64,000 bases of DNA from an uncultured Anaerolineales bacterium (GTDB lineage Bacteria; Chloroflexota; Anaerolineae; CG2-30-64-16). Location: assembly GCA_964588925.1 (NCBI GenBank), contig CAZPTI010000001.1, forward strand, positions 26,933 to 90,932, written 5' to 3'. The number at the start of each line of letters is the position of its first letter. Positions within the stretch are counted from its first letter, which is position 1. The notes below the pieces were generated by a model. That model was not told where the DNA came from. It worked only from the letters and a program-made list of their open reading frames with translations, and made no database searches. Below, piece after piece: positions 1 to 8,655 of this stretch. Both the position numbers and the translations under genes were made by a program.

Positions 1-1
1 G

Positions 2-148
2 GAAGAGCAACCGGTCAAAGTGCATCATGTCAAGTTTCCGTTGTTGGATCCGATCGAAGGCGCGCCGATAATTACTTCTGAACAGGTGTATCAAGCGCTT
101 CGGGATATGGAAGACGAGGAAGACGCCCATTATGCAAGCTTTATGTGA
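2..148 (+). CDS. Putative type II antitoxin, C-terminal fragment (5' end lies outside the window)
   Basis: Frame-2 ORF is open from the window edge (...PIITSEQVYQALRDMEDEEDAHYASFM*) and stops at TGA 146-148. It overlaps the ATG (132) of the downstream PIN ORF by 17 nt, the usual antitoxin-toxin layout. No domain is recognisable from 48 aa. Confidence 0.4.
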   Translation, partial: EEQPVKVHHVKFPLLDPIEGAPIITSEQVYQALRDMEDEEDAHYASFM

Positions 149-605
149 CGTCAATGTATTGTTTTCGCTTGCGGTGCCAACGCACCAACATTATCCTATC
201 GCCACAACATGATTGAACAAACAACCGGAGATGGGCGTTGCAGTTTGCAGGGTGAGCCAAAATGGTTTACTGCGTCTCTTAACGCAAAAGGGCATCGTGG
301 GTGACTATGCCCGCACAATGAGTGAGGCGTGGAAGGTCTATGACACCTTGATGACCGACACAAGGTTCTTGTTTTTAAATGAGCCGTCAGGGGTTGAAGA
401 GCTATGGCGCACCTTATGCCCGCCGTCTGTTATTGCCCCGCACCTCTGGACGGATGCTTATCTGGCAGCGTTCGCGGCGGCGGGAGGAATGCAACTCGTC
501 ACGTTTGATAAAGGATTCCGGCGGTTCGTCGGCGTTAATGCGCTAATTCTGGGACAGCAGCCCGCGATACGTGAGGAGCAGCCGGAGTATCAGGTGGGCT
601 TTTAG
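132..605 (+). pseudogene. vapC: PIN-domain VapC-family toxin interrupted by an in-frame TGA (210-212)
   Basis: ATG 132 reads MQALCDVNVLFSLAVPTHQHYPIATT, then TGA, then in the same frame LNKQPEMGVAVCRVSQNGLLRLL...WTDAYLAAFAAAGGMQLVTFDKGFRRF. The N-terminal acidic PIN motif (LCDVNVL) and the C-terminal TDAYL/TFD motifs lie on opposite sides of the stop. Confidence 0.7.
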
Positions 606-653
606 CAACAGGCGCACGACGTTTATGTGGTGCGCCTGTTGCTGCTTCCGGGA

Positions 654-1970
654 CTAAACCTTTTCTCCTGCAACCACCCCGCGCAGTCCAGCTATCATCT
701 CCTCCGCCACCTCCGCCCGCTGACCGCGGCGCGCCGCCTCCTCGCACGCTTCCGCCGGCACGATGCCCAGCCGGTTCAGCGCGTGCACGGACAGCAGCCA
801 CGCCAGATTCTTCCTGCCGCCCTTGATGCCCATCGCGTCCAGATCGACCACGACTTTGCGCGCAGGCGTGTCGAGGTTGGCGAATTCGGGCGTGGTGAAG
901 AGCCAGCTTTCTGCGGTCAATGCCTTGAGGTAGCGCGCAGAGGCTTTGCGCCCTTCCTCCGTCGCAAGGACGAGCGCATCGGGCCGGGTCACGCCCGTGA
1001 AGAAGATCCGGTTGGGGCTGAAGATTAGCTCGCTGATGCTGTGGCCGGTCTGCACTGTTACGGGGTAATCGTCCTGCTGCGCGGCCCATAGGCCGGAGAG
1101 GATCGCGGCCTCACCGAGCACGCGCGCGGCCGAGCGCACTTTGCCTCCCGCTGAACCGGCAATGACGAAACGAAACTCCTCTTTAAGCGGCGAGCTAAAG
1201 AGCGTCGGCAGCGGATTCGCGGGGAGAACTGGCTTGCCGCGTTGCGCAGCGTTCGCGTCGCGCACCGCGCGCGCATACTCAGGGCGCGCCTCGCGGTGGA
1301 TCAGTCCCGCGGGCATGCCGAGCCGCTCGCGCATTTCGAGCAGCGACTTGCGCGAGAGGTCGTTGTTTGGCACGTAGTACGCGGTGCATAACTCCCAGAT
1401 GTCGAGCAGGGCAAAGGACTCGCTGTTGGATGCCTCGACAATCACGTCCGGCAGTTCGCGGTCGAACGCGGCGCCGCGCCAGACGTAGCCCGCGCCGTTG
1501 GCCGCTACCGTCGCGCAGATGTCCAGCGGGCGCTCCAAGTTGCCTGCGCGAGTCGTCACCGTGACGCCGCCGGACGGAGTCGTGACACTGTGCTCGCCGC
1601 CCGTCATGCCAAAGTTGAAGTTGTTCATCACAAGCACAGTCATGGCGACATTGCGCCGCGCAGCGTTCAGCAGGTGCGCGCCGCCAATGCCCGTGCCGCC
1701 GTCGCCAATGAGGACAAAGACCTTTAGGTCGGGATCGGCCAGCTTGATGCCAGTGGCGTAGGCGAGGCTGCGACCGTGCAGCCCGTGGAACGCGTTGGCG
1801 ACGAAGTACTGATCGGCCAGCCCCTGGCAGCCGATGTCGGTCACGAGCGCGACGCGGTGCGGGTCGAGGCCGAGCTTGACCAGCGCGGTGTTCAGGTGGT
1901 TGAGGATGAGCGAGTGCCCGCAGCCGGGGCAGAACGGGTAATCGCGTTCGTTGCGATAAGTATGCAGCAT
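654..1970 (-). CDS. korB: 2-oxoacid:ferredoxin oxidoreductase beta (TPP-binding) subunit fused to a gamma-type domain
   Basis: N-terminal YPFCPGCGH and the TPP motif LIGDGGTGIGGAHLLNAARRN identify the beta subunit. The C-terminal half (FRFVIAGSAGGKVRSAARVLGEAAILSGLWAAQQDDYPVTVQTGHSISELIF) resembles the gamma subunit. Start moved to ATG 1970, which has GAGG 6-9 nt upstream; the ORF-track start at 1985 is TTG. Confidence 0.85.
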   Translation of the reverse strand: MLHTYRNERDYPFCPGCGHSLILNHLNTALVKLGLDPHRVALVTDIGCQGLADQYFVANAFHGLHGRSLAYATGIKLADPDLKVFVLIGDGGTGIGGAHLLNAARRNVAMTVLVMNNFNFGMTGGEHSVTTPSGGVTVTTRAGNLERPLDICATVAANGAGYVWRGAAFDRELPDVIVEASNSESFALLDIWELCTAYYVPNNDLSRKSLLEMRERLGMPAGLIHREARPEYARAVRDANAAQRGKPVLPANPLPTLFSSPLKEEFRFVIAGSAGGKVRSAARVLGEAAILSGLWAAQQDDYPVTVQTGHSISELIFSPNRIFFTGVTRPDALVLATEEGRKASARYLKALTAESWLFTTPEFANLDTPARKVVVDLDAMGIKGGRKNLAWLLSVHALNRLGIVPAEACEEAARRGQRAEVAEEMIAGLRGVVAGEKV

Positions 1971-1977
1971 ATCGGCC

Positions 1978-3165
1978 TCACACAATCTGCGCCAGGAACT
2001 GGGCCGGGGTGATCAACTCGCCGTCGACGCGGTTGATGCCGACGATCTCCGGCGGGACGACGCCGTTCTGCGCGCACCAGCGATAGACGACGCGCTCGAC
2101 CTCGCGGCGAAAGTCGCCGTTGTTAAGCTCGGCGACCACAATCCGGCGCACAACCGGCTCCGACGGCGCAGGTTTGACGATCTCGATGATCGATTTCTCC
2201 GGCACGGGCCACAGGGTGCGGACGGCCAGCGTGTTGACGCGCCGCCCCTCCGGGCTCGCCGTCATCGAAGCTTCCTCCATTGCGGCCGTCGTCACGCCGT
2301 AGGAAATGAACGCGGTCGTTGCGCCGGTAACGGTGCTGGCGAAACCCATCTCCAACTCGTCCGCGTGGTCCTCGATCTTCCGGCGCAGGCGCTCGTTCAG
2401 TTTACCGACCTTAACCGGGTCTTTGGTGAGGAAGCCGTGCTCGTCGTGGGTGGAGCCGGTGAAGCGGACGATGTGCGGGCCACCGATAGGCGCGTATTCG
2501 GGCGCCCTGTCAGGAGCGGTTGCGCGGTAGGGGATGTAAGTTTCTTCCGCGCGCAAACCACTCGTTCCTACCGGTAGGGCCTCGGCCGTCTTGCGTTCGC
2601 GCACTGGCGGCTCTTCAAAGCGGTCGACGTCCGCCGTCGTCAACGCCTGGAACAGTTCCTTGTCGGTCAACAGGAAAACGGGGCAGCGATATTCCTCGGC
2701 CAGGTCGAATGCGACGCGGGTGAGGCTGTAGCACTCGTAAACGTCGCCCGGCGCCAGCGCGATGATCGGATAGCCGCCGGAGTTGCCCCAGCGCGCGAAC
2801 TGGACATCACCCTGGCCGGGCGTGGTTGCGCCGCCGGTGGCCGGGGCGAGCCGCTGCACGTCCAGGATGACGAGCGGGACTTCCCCCATGATGGCAAGGC
2901 CGATGGTCTCGCTGTAGAGCGACATGCCAGGGCCAGAGGTGGCGGTGAACGCGCGCGCGCCGGTCATGGCTGCGGCGACGCACATGCTGATGGAGGCGAT
3001 TTCGTCTTCGCCCTGAATCGCAACGCCGCCGACTTTCGGGAGTTCCCGAACCATATGAAGCAGGATGGGTGTGGCGGGGGAGATGGGATAGCCGGCGAAG
3101 AAGGTTGCGCCGGCATCTATTGCGCCGCGAGCAATGGCCGTGGCGCCGTCGATAAACTCACGCAT
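1978..3165 (-). CDS. korA: 2-oxoacid:ferredoxin oxidoreductase alpha subunit
   Basis: MREFIDGATAIARGAIDAGATFFAGYPISPATPIL and GEDEIASISMCVAAAMTGARAFTATSGPGMSL are typical of KorA/PorA. ATG 3165 is preceded by GGAGAA. The stop lies 7 nt before the korB start. Confidence 0.9.
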   Translation of the reverse strand: MREFIDGATAIARGAIDAGATFFAGYPISPATPILLHMVRELPKVGGVAIQGEDEIASISMCVAAAMTGARAFTATSGPGMSLYSETIGLAIMGEVPLVILDVQRLAPATGGATTPGQGDVQFARWGNSGGYPIIALAPGDVYECYSLTRVAFDLAEEYRCPVFLLTDKELFQALTTADVDRFEEPPVRERKTAEALPVGTSGLRAEETYIPYRATAPDRAPEYAPIGGPHIVRFTGSTHDEHGFLTKDPVKVGKLNERLRRKIEDHADELEMGFASTVTGATTAFISYGVTTAAMEEASMTASPEGRRVNTLAVRTLWPVPEKSIIEIVKPAPSEPVVRRIVVAELNNGDFRREVERVVYRWCAQNGVVPPEIVGINRVDGELITPAQFLAQIV

Positions 3166-3288
3166 AGGTTCTCCACGTTGAGAAGGAGGGGATAGGACAC
3201 AGATTGAACTGATCCAACTGACTCGCAGGATACGCTTCGGCGCCAACAGGGGCAATGACGCGGCGCAGTTTCGGGATTAAACAAACGA

Positions 3289-3324
3289 GGGAAAGCGCGC
3301 CCGCTTAGCCGGACGAGCTTTCCC
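3289..3324 (-). terminator. Candidate intrinsic terminator after the small ORF
   Basis: On the minus-strand RNA an 8-bp stem GGGAAAGC/GCUUUCCC with a 20-nt loop is followed by UCGUUUGUUUAAU. Confidence 0.45.
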
Positions 3325-3358
3325 CCGAACTTCTTTTTGAGCTGATCGGCAGTGGCGG

Positions 3359-3502
3359 CTAGTTGTTGATCCACCGGGCCAGGCGCTGAAGGCGCGAGGG
3401 CTTGTTCTCACCGTTAAGCTCGGCGTCGGCGACACGATCCAACTGCGGCAACAAGGTCCAGGTGAGCAAAGCCAGAATCGCGATCAACAACGGGATGTCC
3501 AT
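3359..3502 (-). CDS. Small (47 aa) hypothetical membrane protein
   Basis: MDIPLLIAILALLTWTLLPQLDRV... contains one hydrophobic helix. ATG 3502 is preceded by AAGGAG with a 7-nt spacer, and a terminator-like hairpin follows the gene. Confidence 0.5.
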   Translation of the reverse strand: MDIPLLIAILALLTWTLLPQLDRVADAELNGENKPSRLQRLARWINN

Positions 3503-3651
3503 AGGTCGACTCCTTACGTGCTGCTTGTGTCCCTTCAGACGAGCGTCCGCCTGCCCTGGTTCCAATCATAACTACGTATATATAAACGGTTTGTTGCGCG
3601 GAAATTACGACACTCAAATGAAGTCGCTATGAAGTTTGACAGAGGGAAATG

Positions 3652-4857
3652 TTAATCTTCTGTAAGGCGCGGGGTGGAGACGCGTTGGACGAGGAAGGCG
3701 AGGGTTAGCATGAGCGCGATGGGGAACAGCGCGAGCGCGATGCTGCCCGCGACGCCGATGACGGGGATGAGCGAGCCAGCAGCGAGGGGCAGGAACATCG
3801 CGCCGACCGAGCCGGACGCAACAAAGAGCGAGCCGATTGCGCCGGAGCGCTGCGGCGCGAGTTGGCTGGCATAGCCGAGGGCTGTCGGGAAGATGGGGCC
3901 GAAGCCGAGGCCGACGAACAGCGCGCCGGCCCAGAAGGCGGGCATGACCAGTTGCCCCGCGAGGATCAGCAGCACGCCGAAGGCGGCCAGCGCGAGGCCG
4001 GCGCGGACGAGCCGCAGACTGCTGAGACGGCCAAGCAAGGCGACCGCGGAGATGCGCCCCCCAAGCATTGCGCCCCAGAACAGCGAGGTGGCGAGGCTGG
4101 CCGTGGTCGCCAGCTGGCTTAGCTCGATCTGTCCGTAGGTGAAGAGCCAACCCGCCAACACCTGTTCGGTGCCAGTGTAAAGCATGGCGAGCGCGAACAT
4201 CAGCAGCAAGGGGGTTAGGGCAAAGAGGCTGCTGCTGCGCCCCGCGCGCTCCGGCGCAGGATGGCGCACCGGCTGTGGGGGCAGCGAGAAAAGCCACAGG
4301 ACGGCGACGATGAGCATCAGCCCCGCGCCCACACGGTAAGCGGTCGTGTAGTCACCGCCCAGGCGCAGCGCCGCGGCAAAAACGAGCGGCCCGACGAACG
4401 AACCGACGCCGACAGACACATGCAGCTTGTTCAGCGCGCGGCCTGCGCCTGCGCCAAAGTGATCGACGAAGATAGCGTTCGGGACGGTGCCCTCCGTGCT
4501 CATGGCGAGGCCGGTGAGCGCGATCGCCAGACCCGTAAGGGCGAAGGTGTTTGCCGCGGCCACGCCCCACAGCCCGGCGGCCATCAGCAGCGCGCCGGCG
4601 AGAAACGTCCAGCGGCGGACAGGGTGGTCGTTGAAGCGCGCAAGCAGGACCGTGGCGAGAATGGAGCCGCCGGAAAAGAGCGTGAAGAGGAAACCGGCCT
4701 GGGGCAGGGTCACGCCCGTGCGCTGCGCAATGGCGGGGAGGCTTGGGCCGAGGAGCGAGATCGTGAAGCCGAGCATGAACATGGCCGCGTAACACGTGAC
4801 CACGGCGAGTTGTTCGCGCGGCGCAACGCTGCGTCGGGTATTTGTGTCCTCGACCAT
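3652..4857 (-). CDS. MFS transporter
   Basis: 401 aa with about 12 hydrophobic segments, an MFS-like loop (LLARFNDHPVRRW) and internal two-fold repeat organisation. Confidence 0.8.
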   Translation of the reverse strand: MVEDTNTRRSVAPREQLAVVTCYAAMFMLGFTISLLGPSLPAIAQRTGVTLPQAGFLFTLFSGGSILATVLLARFNDHPVRRWTFLAGALLMAAGLWGVAAANTFALTGLAIALTGLAMSTEGTVPNAIFVDHFGAGAGRALNKLHVSVGVGSFVGPLVFAAALRLGGDYTTAYRVGAGLMLIVAVLWLFSLPPQPVRHPAPERAGRSSSLFALTPLLLMFALAMLYTGTEQVLAGWLFTYGQIELSQLATTASLATSLFWGAMLGGRISAVALLGRLSSLRLVRAGLALAAFGVLLILAGQLVMPAFWAGALFVGLGFGPIFPTALGYASQLAPQRSGAIGSLFVASGSVGAMFLPLAAGSLIPVIGVAGSIALALFPIALMLTLAFLVQRVSTPRLTED

Positions 4858-4884
4858 GTTCTCCGGCCGTTTATCCCATTTGCC

Positions 4885-4934
4885 ACAGAGGGCTCAGAGA
4901 ACGCAGAGAACCTCTGTTGCCTCTGCGCTCTCTG
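4885..4934 (-). other. 14-bp hairpin with pseudoknot potential in the DUF1801-MFS intergenic region
   Basis: Arms 4895-4908 and 4921-4934 pair over 14 bp. The single non-Watson-Crick position is G.U on the minus-strand RNA but A.C on the plus strand. Loop sequence 4911-4917 is complementary to 4885-4891. Confidence 0.5.
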
Positions 4935-5011
4935 CGGCTAAGCTGGACAGAGTATATCACGCCAAGGATCAAGGCGCATACTGTTCCGGCATGGCTGGGG
5001 CGGATTCGGCC

Positions 5012-5479
5012 CTAACTCACGGCCTTCCTGATGAGCGCGGCAATCCTGTCCTCTTCGGCGGGGGTCAACTCTATCAGCGCGTAGGCGGTCGGCCACATGT
5101 TGCCGTCATCCAGCTTAGCCGCATCGTTGAAGCCTAACGTCGCGTACCGCGTGCTGAACTTCTGGGCGCTCTGGAAAAAGCAGACGATCTTGCCATCGCG
5201 AGCATACGCGGGCATCCCGTACCAGGTCTTCGGCGAGAGGACGGGCGCACTGGCTTTGATGATTTCATGGAGCCGCTGCGCCAGGCTGCGCTCTGGCTCC
5301 GGCATCTCGGCAATCTTCGCCAGCACGTCGTTTTCTCCCTCGGCCTTGCTTTTGTTTGCGCGCGCTTCCGCCTTCAGTTCTCTGGCGCGCTCCTTCATGG
5401 CGGCGCGTTCCTCGGCCGTGAAAGACTGGGTTGCGCTGCTGCTCTCGCTTTGGTCCTGCGTAGTCTTCTTTGCGCTCAT
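5012..5479 (-). CDS. DUF1801 (YdhG-like) domain protein
   Basis: [36 protein letters not shown] matches the DUF1801 pattern. Start moved to ATG 5479, which has GGAGG 10 nt upstream; ATG 5488 is only 1 nt from that SD. Confidence 0.6.
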   Translation of the reverse strand: MSAKKTTQDQSESSSATQSFTAEERAAMKERARELKAEARANKSKAEGENDVLAKIAEMPEPERSLAQRLHEIIKASAPVLSPKTWYGMPAYARDGKIVCFFQSAQKFSTRYATLGFNDAAKLDDGNMWPTAYALIELTPAEEDRIAALIRKAVS

Positions 5480-5590
5480 AGAAACCATACCTCCATATGC
5501 GATGGGCGATAGGATCGCGCAGATGAGCTTATCACAAGGGGGGCGCGCGAAAACGTATCGTTGATTGCGCAGGAGCGGTTGTCGCGCCTG

Positions 5591-5599
5591 TGCTATACT
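5591..5599 (+). promoter_or_regulatory. Extended -10 promoter element TGCTATACT upstream of the hydrolase gene
   Basis: TGnTATACT lies 34 nt upstream of ATG 5633. The RBS is TAGGAGG. Confidence 0.45.
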
Positions 5600-5632
5600 G
5601 CGCGGCGTTCAATTTAACCGTAGGAGGCGCGC

Positions 5633-6427
5633 ATGGAGACAGTCGTCAACGGTATCAGGATGGCGTATCGGATGGCGGGCGAACCGGGACAGCCCGCGCT
5701 GATTTTGATACACGGGTTTCCGCTTGACAGCGCGATGTGGCAGGCGCAGCTAGAGGGGCTGGCGCAGCATTGCTTTATCGTCGCACCCGATTTACGCGGG
5801 CACGGGCAGTCGGAGGTTCCGCCGGGGCCGTACTCGATTGACCAACATGCGGATGATGTGGCCGCGCTGATGGATGCGCTCGGCGCGCGTGAGGCCGTGA
5901 TCGGTGGGCTGAGCATGGGCGGGTATGTCGCGCTGGCGTTCTGGCGGCGACACAGTGATAAGGTCAGTGGGCTGACGCTCATTGATACGCGCGCAAATGC
6001 TGACACGCCCGAAGGCAAGGCCGCGCGCGACGCGACGATTGAGCGAATCCGCGAGAGCGGCGTCGCGATTCTCGCCGACGAGATGCTGCCGCGGCTGCTG
6101 GCGCCGGAGAATCAGGGCGACACCGAAGTGGCGCGGACGCTGCGAGCCATGATCGAACAGCAACCAGTCGAGGGGATGGCCGGCGCGCTGGCAGCGATGC
6201 GCGACAGGATGGACGCCACGGCCTTGTTGACCACAGTCAGCGTTCCCGCAGCGGTGATTGTTGGCGAGGAGGATGCGATTACGCCGGTGGCAGTGGCGCA
6301 GGAGGTGGCACGCGGCCTGCCGGATGTAAAGCTGACCGTGGTTGCGGGGGCAGGGCACATGGCGCCGATGGAAGCGCCGGAAGAAGTTAATCTGGCGCTG
6401 CTTGACCTGGTGCGACGCGCGAGCTAA
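5633..6427 (+). CDS. Alpha/beta-fold hydrolase
   Basis: HGFPLD oxyanion region, nucleophile elbow GLSMGG, and C-terminal GAGHMAPME histidine motif. Confidence 0.85.
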   Translation: METVVNGIRMAYRMAGEPGQPALILIHGFPLDSAMWQAQLEGLAQHCFIVAPDLRGHGQSEVPPGPYSIDQHADDVAALMDALGAREAVIGGLSMGGYVALAFWRRHSDKVSGLTLIDTRANADTPEGKAARDATIERIRESGVAILADEMLPRLLAPENQGDTEVARTLRAMIEQQPVEGMAGALAAMRDRMDATALLTTVSVPAAVIVGEEDAITPVAVAQEVARGLPDVKLTVVAGAGHMAPMEAPEEVNLALLDLVRRAS

Positions 6428-6428
6428 A

Positions 6429-6530
6429 CGGACGGGCGCCAAAGCGCCTACTACGAACCGCTCAGGGGCGCGGGCCAGGCGGACGGGCGCTGAAGCGGCC
6501 TACTACGAACCGGTTAGCGGCGCGGCCTCG
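6429..6530. repeat. Tandem ~51-bp direct duplication (2 copies, ~80% identity)
   Basis: CGGACGGGCGCCAAAGCG-CCTACTACGAACCG... (6429-6479) aligns with CGGACGGGCGCTGAAGCGGCCTACTACGAACCG... (6480-6530). Copy 1 contains the hairpin GGCGC-CAAA-GCGCC. Copy 2 overlaps the 3' end of the Nudix gene. Confidence 0.8.
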
Positions 6531-7039
6531 CCCCACTGGCGGATTACGAGTTGATCCATTTGATCGTAGGAGTAGGACAGGAAGAGCGGCGGCGCGCCCG
6601 GCGGCAGCGCCATGACCCGCGGCAGGAGGACCGGCAGGTCGGGCGCCATTTGCGCGACGGGGAGATGGGCAAGGGGATGCCATTCCAGCGTTCCCTCGGG
6701 CGACTCGCGCACCGTCCTGTCGTCAACGCGTCCCGTAAAGACGAAGAAAAGGACGCCAAAGAGAGGGTCGCCGCCGTCGACGTGGACGACGGCAGCGAGA
6801 CGAATCTCGCGTGGCGATAGTCCCGCTTCCTCACGCACCTCGCGCAGCGCGGCGGACAGCACGTCTTCCCCACGCTCGACGTGCCCGCCGAGACCGTTGT
6901 AGCGGTTGGCCCAGATGCGCTTGTGAGGCGCACCCTTGAGCAACAGCACGTCGCCCCCGTGGCGCAGGAAGCAGAGCGTGCGCGGCGTGACCTGGTAGCG
7001 TTGTCGGCTGACGGATAGTCCCTGATCTTCGCGTCCCAT
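6503..7039 (-). CDS. NUDIX hydrolase
   Basis: Nudix box GGHVERGEDVLSAALREVREEAGL. Start set to ATG 7039 (MGREDQG...); the longer ORF-track N-terminus overlaps the murJ upstream region. Confidence 0.85.
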   Translation of the reverse strand: MGREDQGLSVSRQRYQVTPRTLCFLRHGGDVLLLKGAPHKRIWANRYNGLGGHVERGEDVLSAALREVREEAGLSPREIRLAAVVHVDGGDPLFGVLFFVFTGRVDDRTVRESPEGTLEWHPLAHLPVAQMAPDLPVLLPRVMALPPGAPPLFLSYSYDQMDQLVIRQWGEAAPLTGS

Positions 7040-7098
7040 TGTTCCCCTTCTTGCGGCGCGGTACCGCAAGTTGGCAACTTGCGGTACAATTGTCTTCC

Positions 7099-8655
7099 AT
7101 GACCGCCCGCCCCGCAACCGTTTCCCGCTCCACGCGCCAGATTGCCCGCGCCGCCGTGCTTGTCATCGGCCTGTTTTTCATCAGCCGTGTGCTTGGCCTG
7201 GCGCGGGAGATGATTATTGGCGCGCGGTTCGGGACGAGCGCGGAGTTGGATGCGTACCAGGCGGCGTTTCGCGTGCCCGACCTGCTGTTTCAGTTGATCG
7301 CGGGCGGCGCGCTTGGGTCGGCCTTCATCCCCGTTTTCGCCGGCGCACTGACCCGGAAAGACCTGCGCGGCGCGTGGCGGCTGTTCAGCGGCGTCACAAA
7401 CCTCGTCCTGATCCTGCTCACCGCGCTCGCCGCTATTATGGCGCTTGCCGCGCCGTGGCTCGTGCGGACGGTGCTGGCTTCCGGCTTCTCGCCCGAACAA
7501 CAGGCGCTCACTGCGGAACTGGTCCGCTGGATGCTCATCAGCACGGTGATTTTTGGCGTGAGCGGGATCGTCATGGGCGTGCTGAACAGCTTCCAGCACT
7601 TCCTGCTCCCCGCGCTGGCGCCGATATTATACAACCTGTCGATCATCGCGGGCGCGTGGCTGCTGGCGCCGCGGCTGGGGGTGTTCGGGCTGGTGCTCGG
7701 CGTGATCGTTGGCGCAGCGCTGCACCTCGACATCCAGCTCTTTGGGCTTTGGTGGTACGGCGCGAAATACACGGCGACGCTCGGCCTGCGCGATCCGCGC
7801 GTGCGCGAAGTGGGCCGGCTGATGGGGCCGCGCGTGATCGGGCTGGCCGCGGTGCAGGTGAATTTCTGGGTGAACACGCTGCTCGCCTCGCACCTGCCCA
7901 CGGGCAGCCTGGCTGCGCTGAATTACGCGTGGCTGTTGATGCTCCTGCCGCAGGGCATCGTCGCGCAAGGCGTGGCAACCGCCGCGTTTCCGACATTTGC
8001 GACGCTGAGGAGTCAGGGGCGGTTTGCCGAATTGCGCCAAACCGTAACCGCAACGCTGCGCGGCGTGCTATTCCTCGCGATTCCCGCAGCGGTGGGCCTG
8101 CTCGTGTGGCGGACGCCGCTCGTGCGGCTGCTGCTGGAACGCGGGGAGTTTACCGCGCAGTCGACCGCGTTGACGACGGCCGCGCTGGCCTTCTACAGCT
8201 TCGGGTTGATCGGTCATTCCGCGGTGGAAATCCTGGCGCGCGCCTTCTACGCGCTGCACGACACGCGCACGCCCGTCGTCATCGGCATCGGGGCGGTTGT
8301 GCTGAACGTTCTCCTGAGCCTGCTGCTGCGCGGACCGCTGGCGCATGCAGGGCTGGCGTTGGCGAACACGATCGCGACTCTGATCGAGATGGGGCTGATG
8401 TTCGTCCTGCTGTCAGTGCGGATCGGCGGGCTGGACTGGTCAGGGTTGACCTTGACCGTGGTCAAGACGAGCGTCGCGTCGCTGGCGATGGGTGTGGCGC
8501 TGGCGCTGATCCTGAGCCAGTGGAGAGATGCGCCGGTGCTGCTGCTCGGTGTGGGCGGTTTGATGGCCGGCGCGGCGGTCTTTGTCGCGGTTGCAGCCGC
8601 GCTCCGCACGTCTGAGTTGAGCATGCTGCGCCGATTGTTACCGGAGCGGCGCTAA
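7099..8655 (+). CDS. murJ: Lipid II flippase MurJ (MviN family)
   Basis: FISRVLGLAREMIIGARFGTSAELDAYQAAFRVPDLLFQLIAGGALGSAFIPVF is the MurJ N-terminal signature, followed by about 14 TM segments. Start set to ATG 7099. Confidence 0.9.
   Translation: MTARPATVSRSTRQIARAAVLVIGLFFISRVLGLAREMIIGARFGTSAELDAYQAAFRVPDLLFQLIAGGALGSAFIPVFAGALTRKDLRGAWRLFSGVTNLVLILLTALAAIMALAAPWLVRTVLASGFSPEQQALTAELVRWMLISTVIFGVSGIVMGVLNSFQHFLLPALAPILYNLSIIAGAWLLAPRLGVFGLVLGVIVGAALHLDIQLFGLWWYGAKYTATLGLRDPRVREVGRLMGPRVIGLAAVQVNFWVNTLLASHLPTGSLAALNYAWLLMLLPQGIVAQGVATAAFPTFATLRSQGRFAELRQTVTATLRGVLFLAIPAAVGLLVWRTPLVRLLLERGEFTAQSTALTTAALAFYSFGLIGHSAVEILARAFYALHDTRTPVVIGIGAVVLNVLLSLLLRGPLAHAGLALANTIATLIEMGLMFVLLSVRIGGLDWSGLTLTVVKTSVASLAMGVALALILSQWRDAPVLLLGVGGLMAGAAVFVAVAAALRTSELSMLRRLLPERR

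Noticed and set aside
210-212. The TGA inside the vapC ORF as a second selenocysteine codon
   Set aside because: There is no Cys-x-x-U redox context. The position corresponds to a conserved Trp of PIN toxins, and no convincing hairpin follows. A nonsense mutation is the simpler explanation.
6544-8615. Long alternative-frame ORFs (6544-7599 minus, 351 aa; 7071-8615 plus, 514 aa) overlapping the Nudix and murJ genes
   Set aside because: Their translations are Arg/Ala/Gly/Pro-rich low-complexity strings with no motifs. They are typical shadow ORFs of a high-GC genome. The overlapping frames carry clear Nudix and MurJ signatures.
8638-8655. The 18-nt convergent overlap of the murJ and mpg 3' ends as a regulatory feature
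   Set aside because: Short convergent overlaps are common in compact high-GC genomes. No structure or motif is associated with this one.
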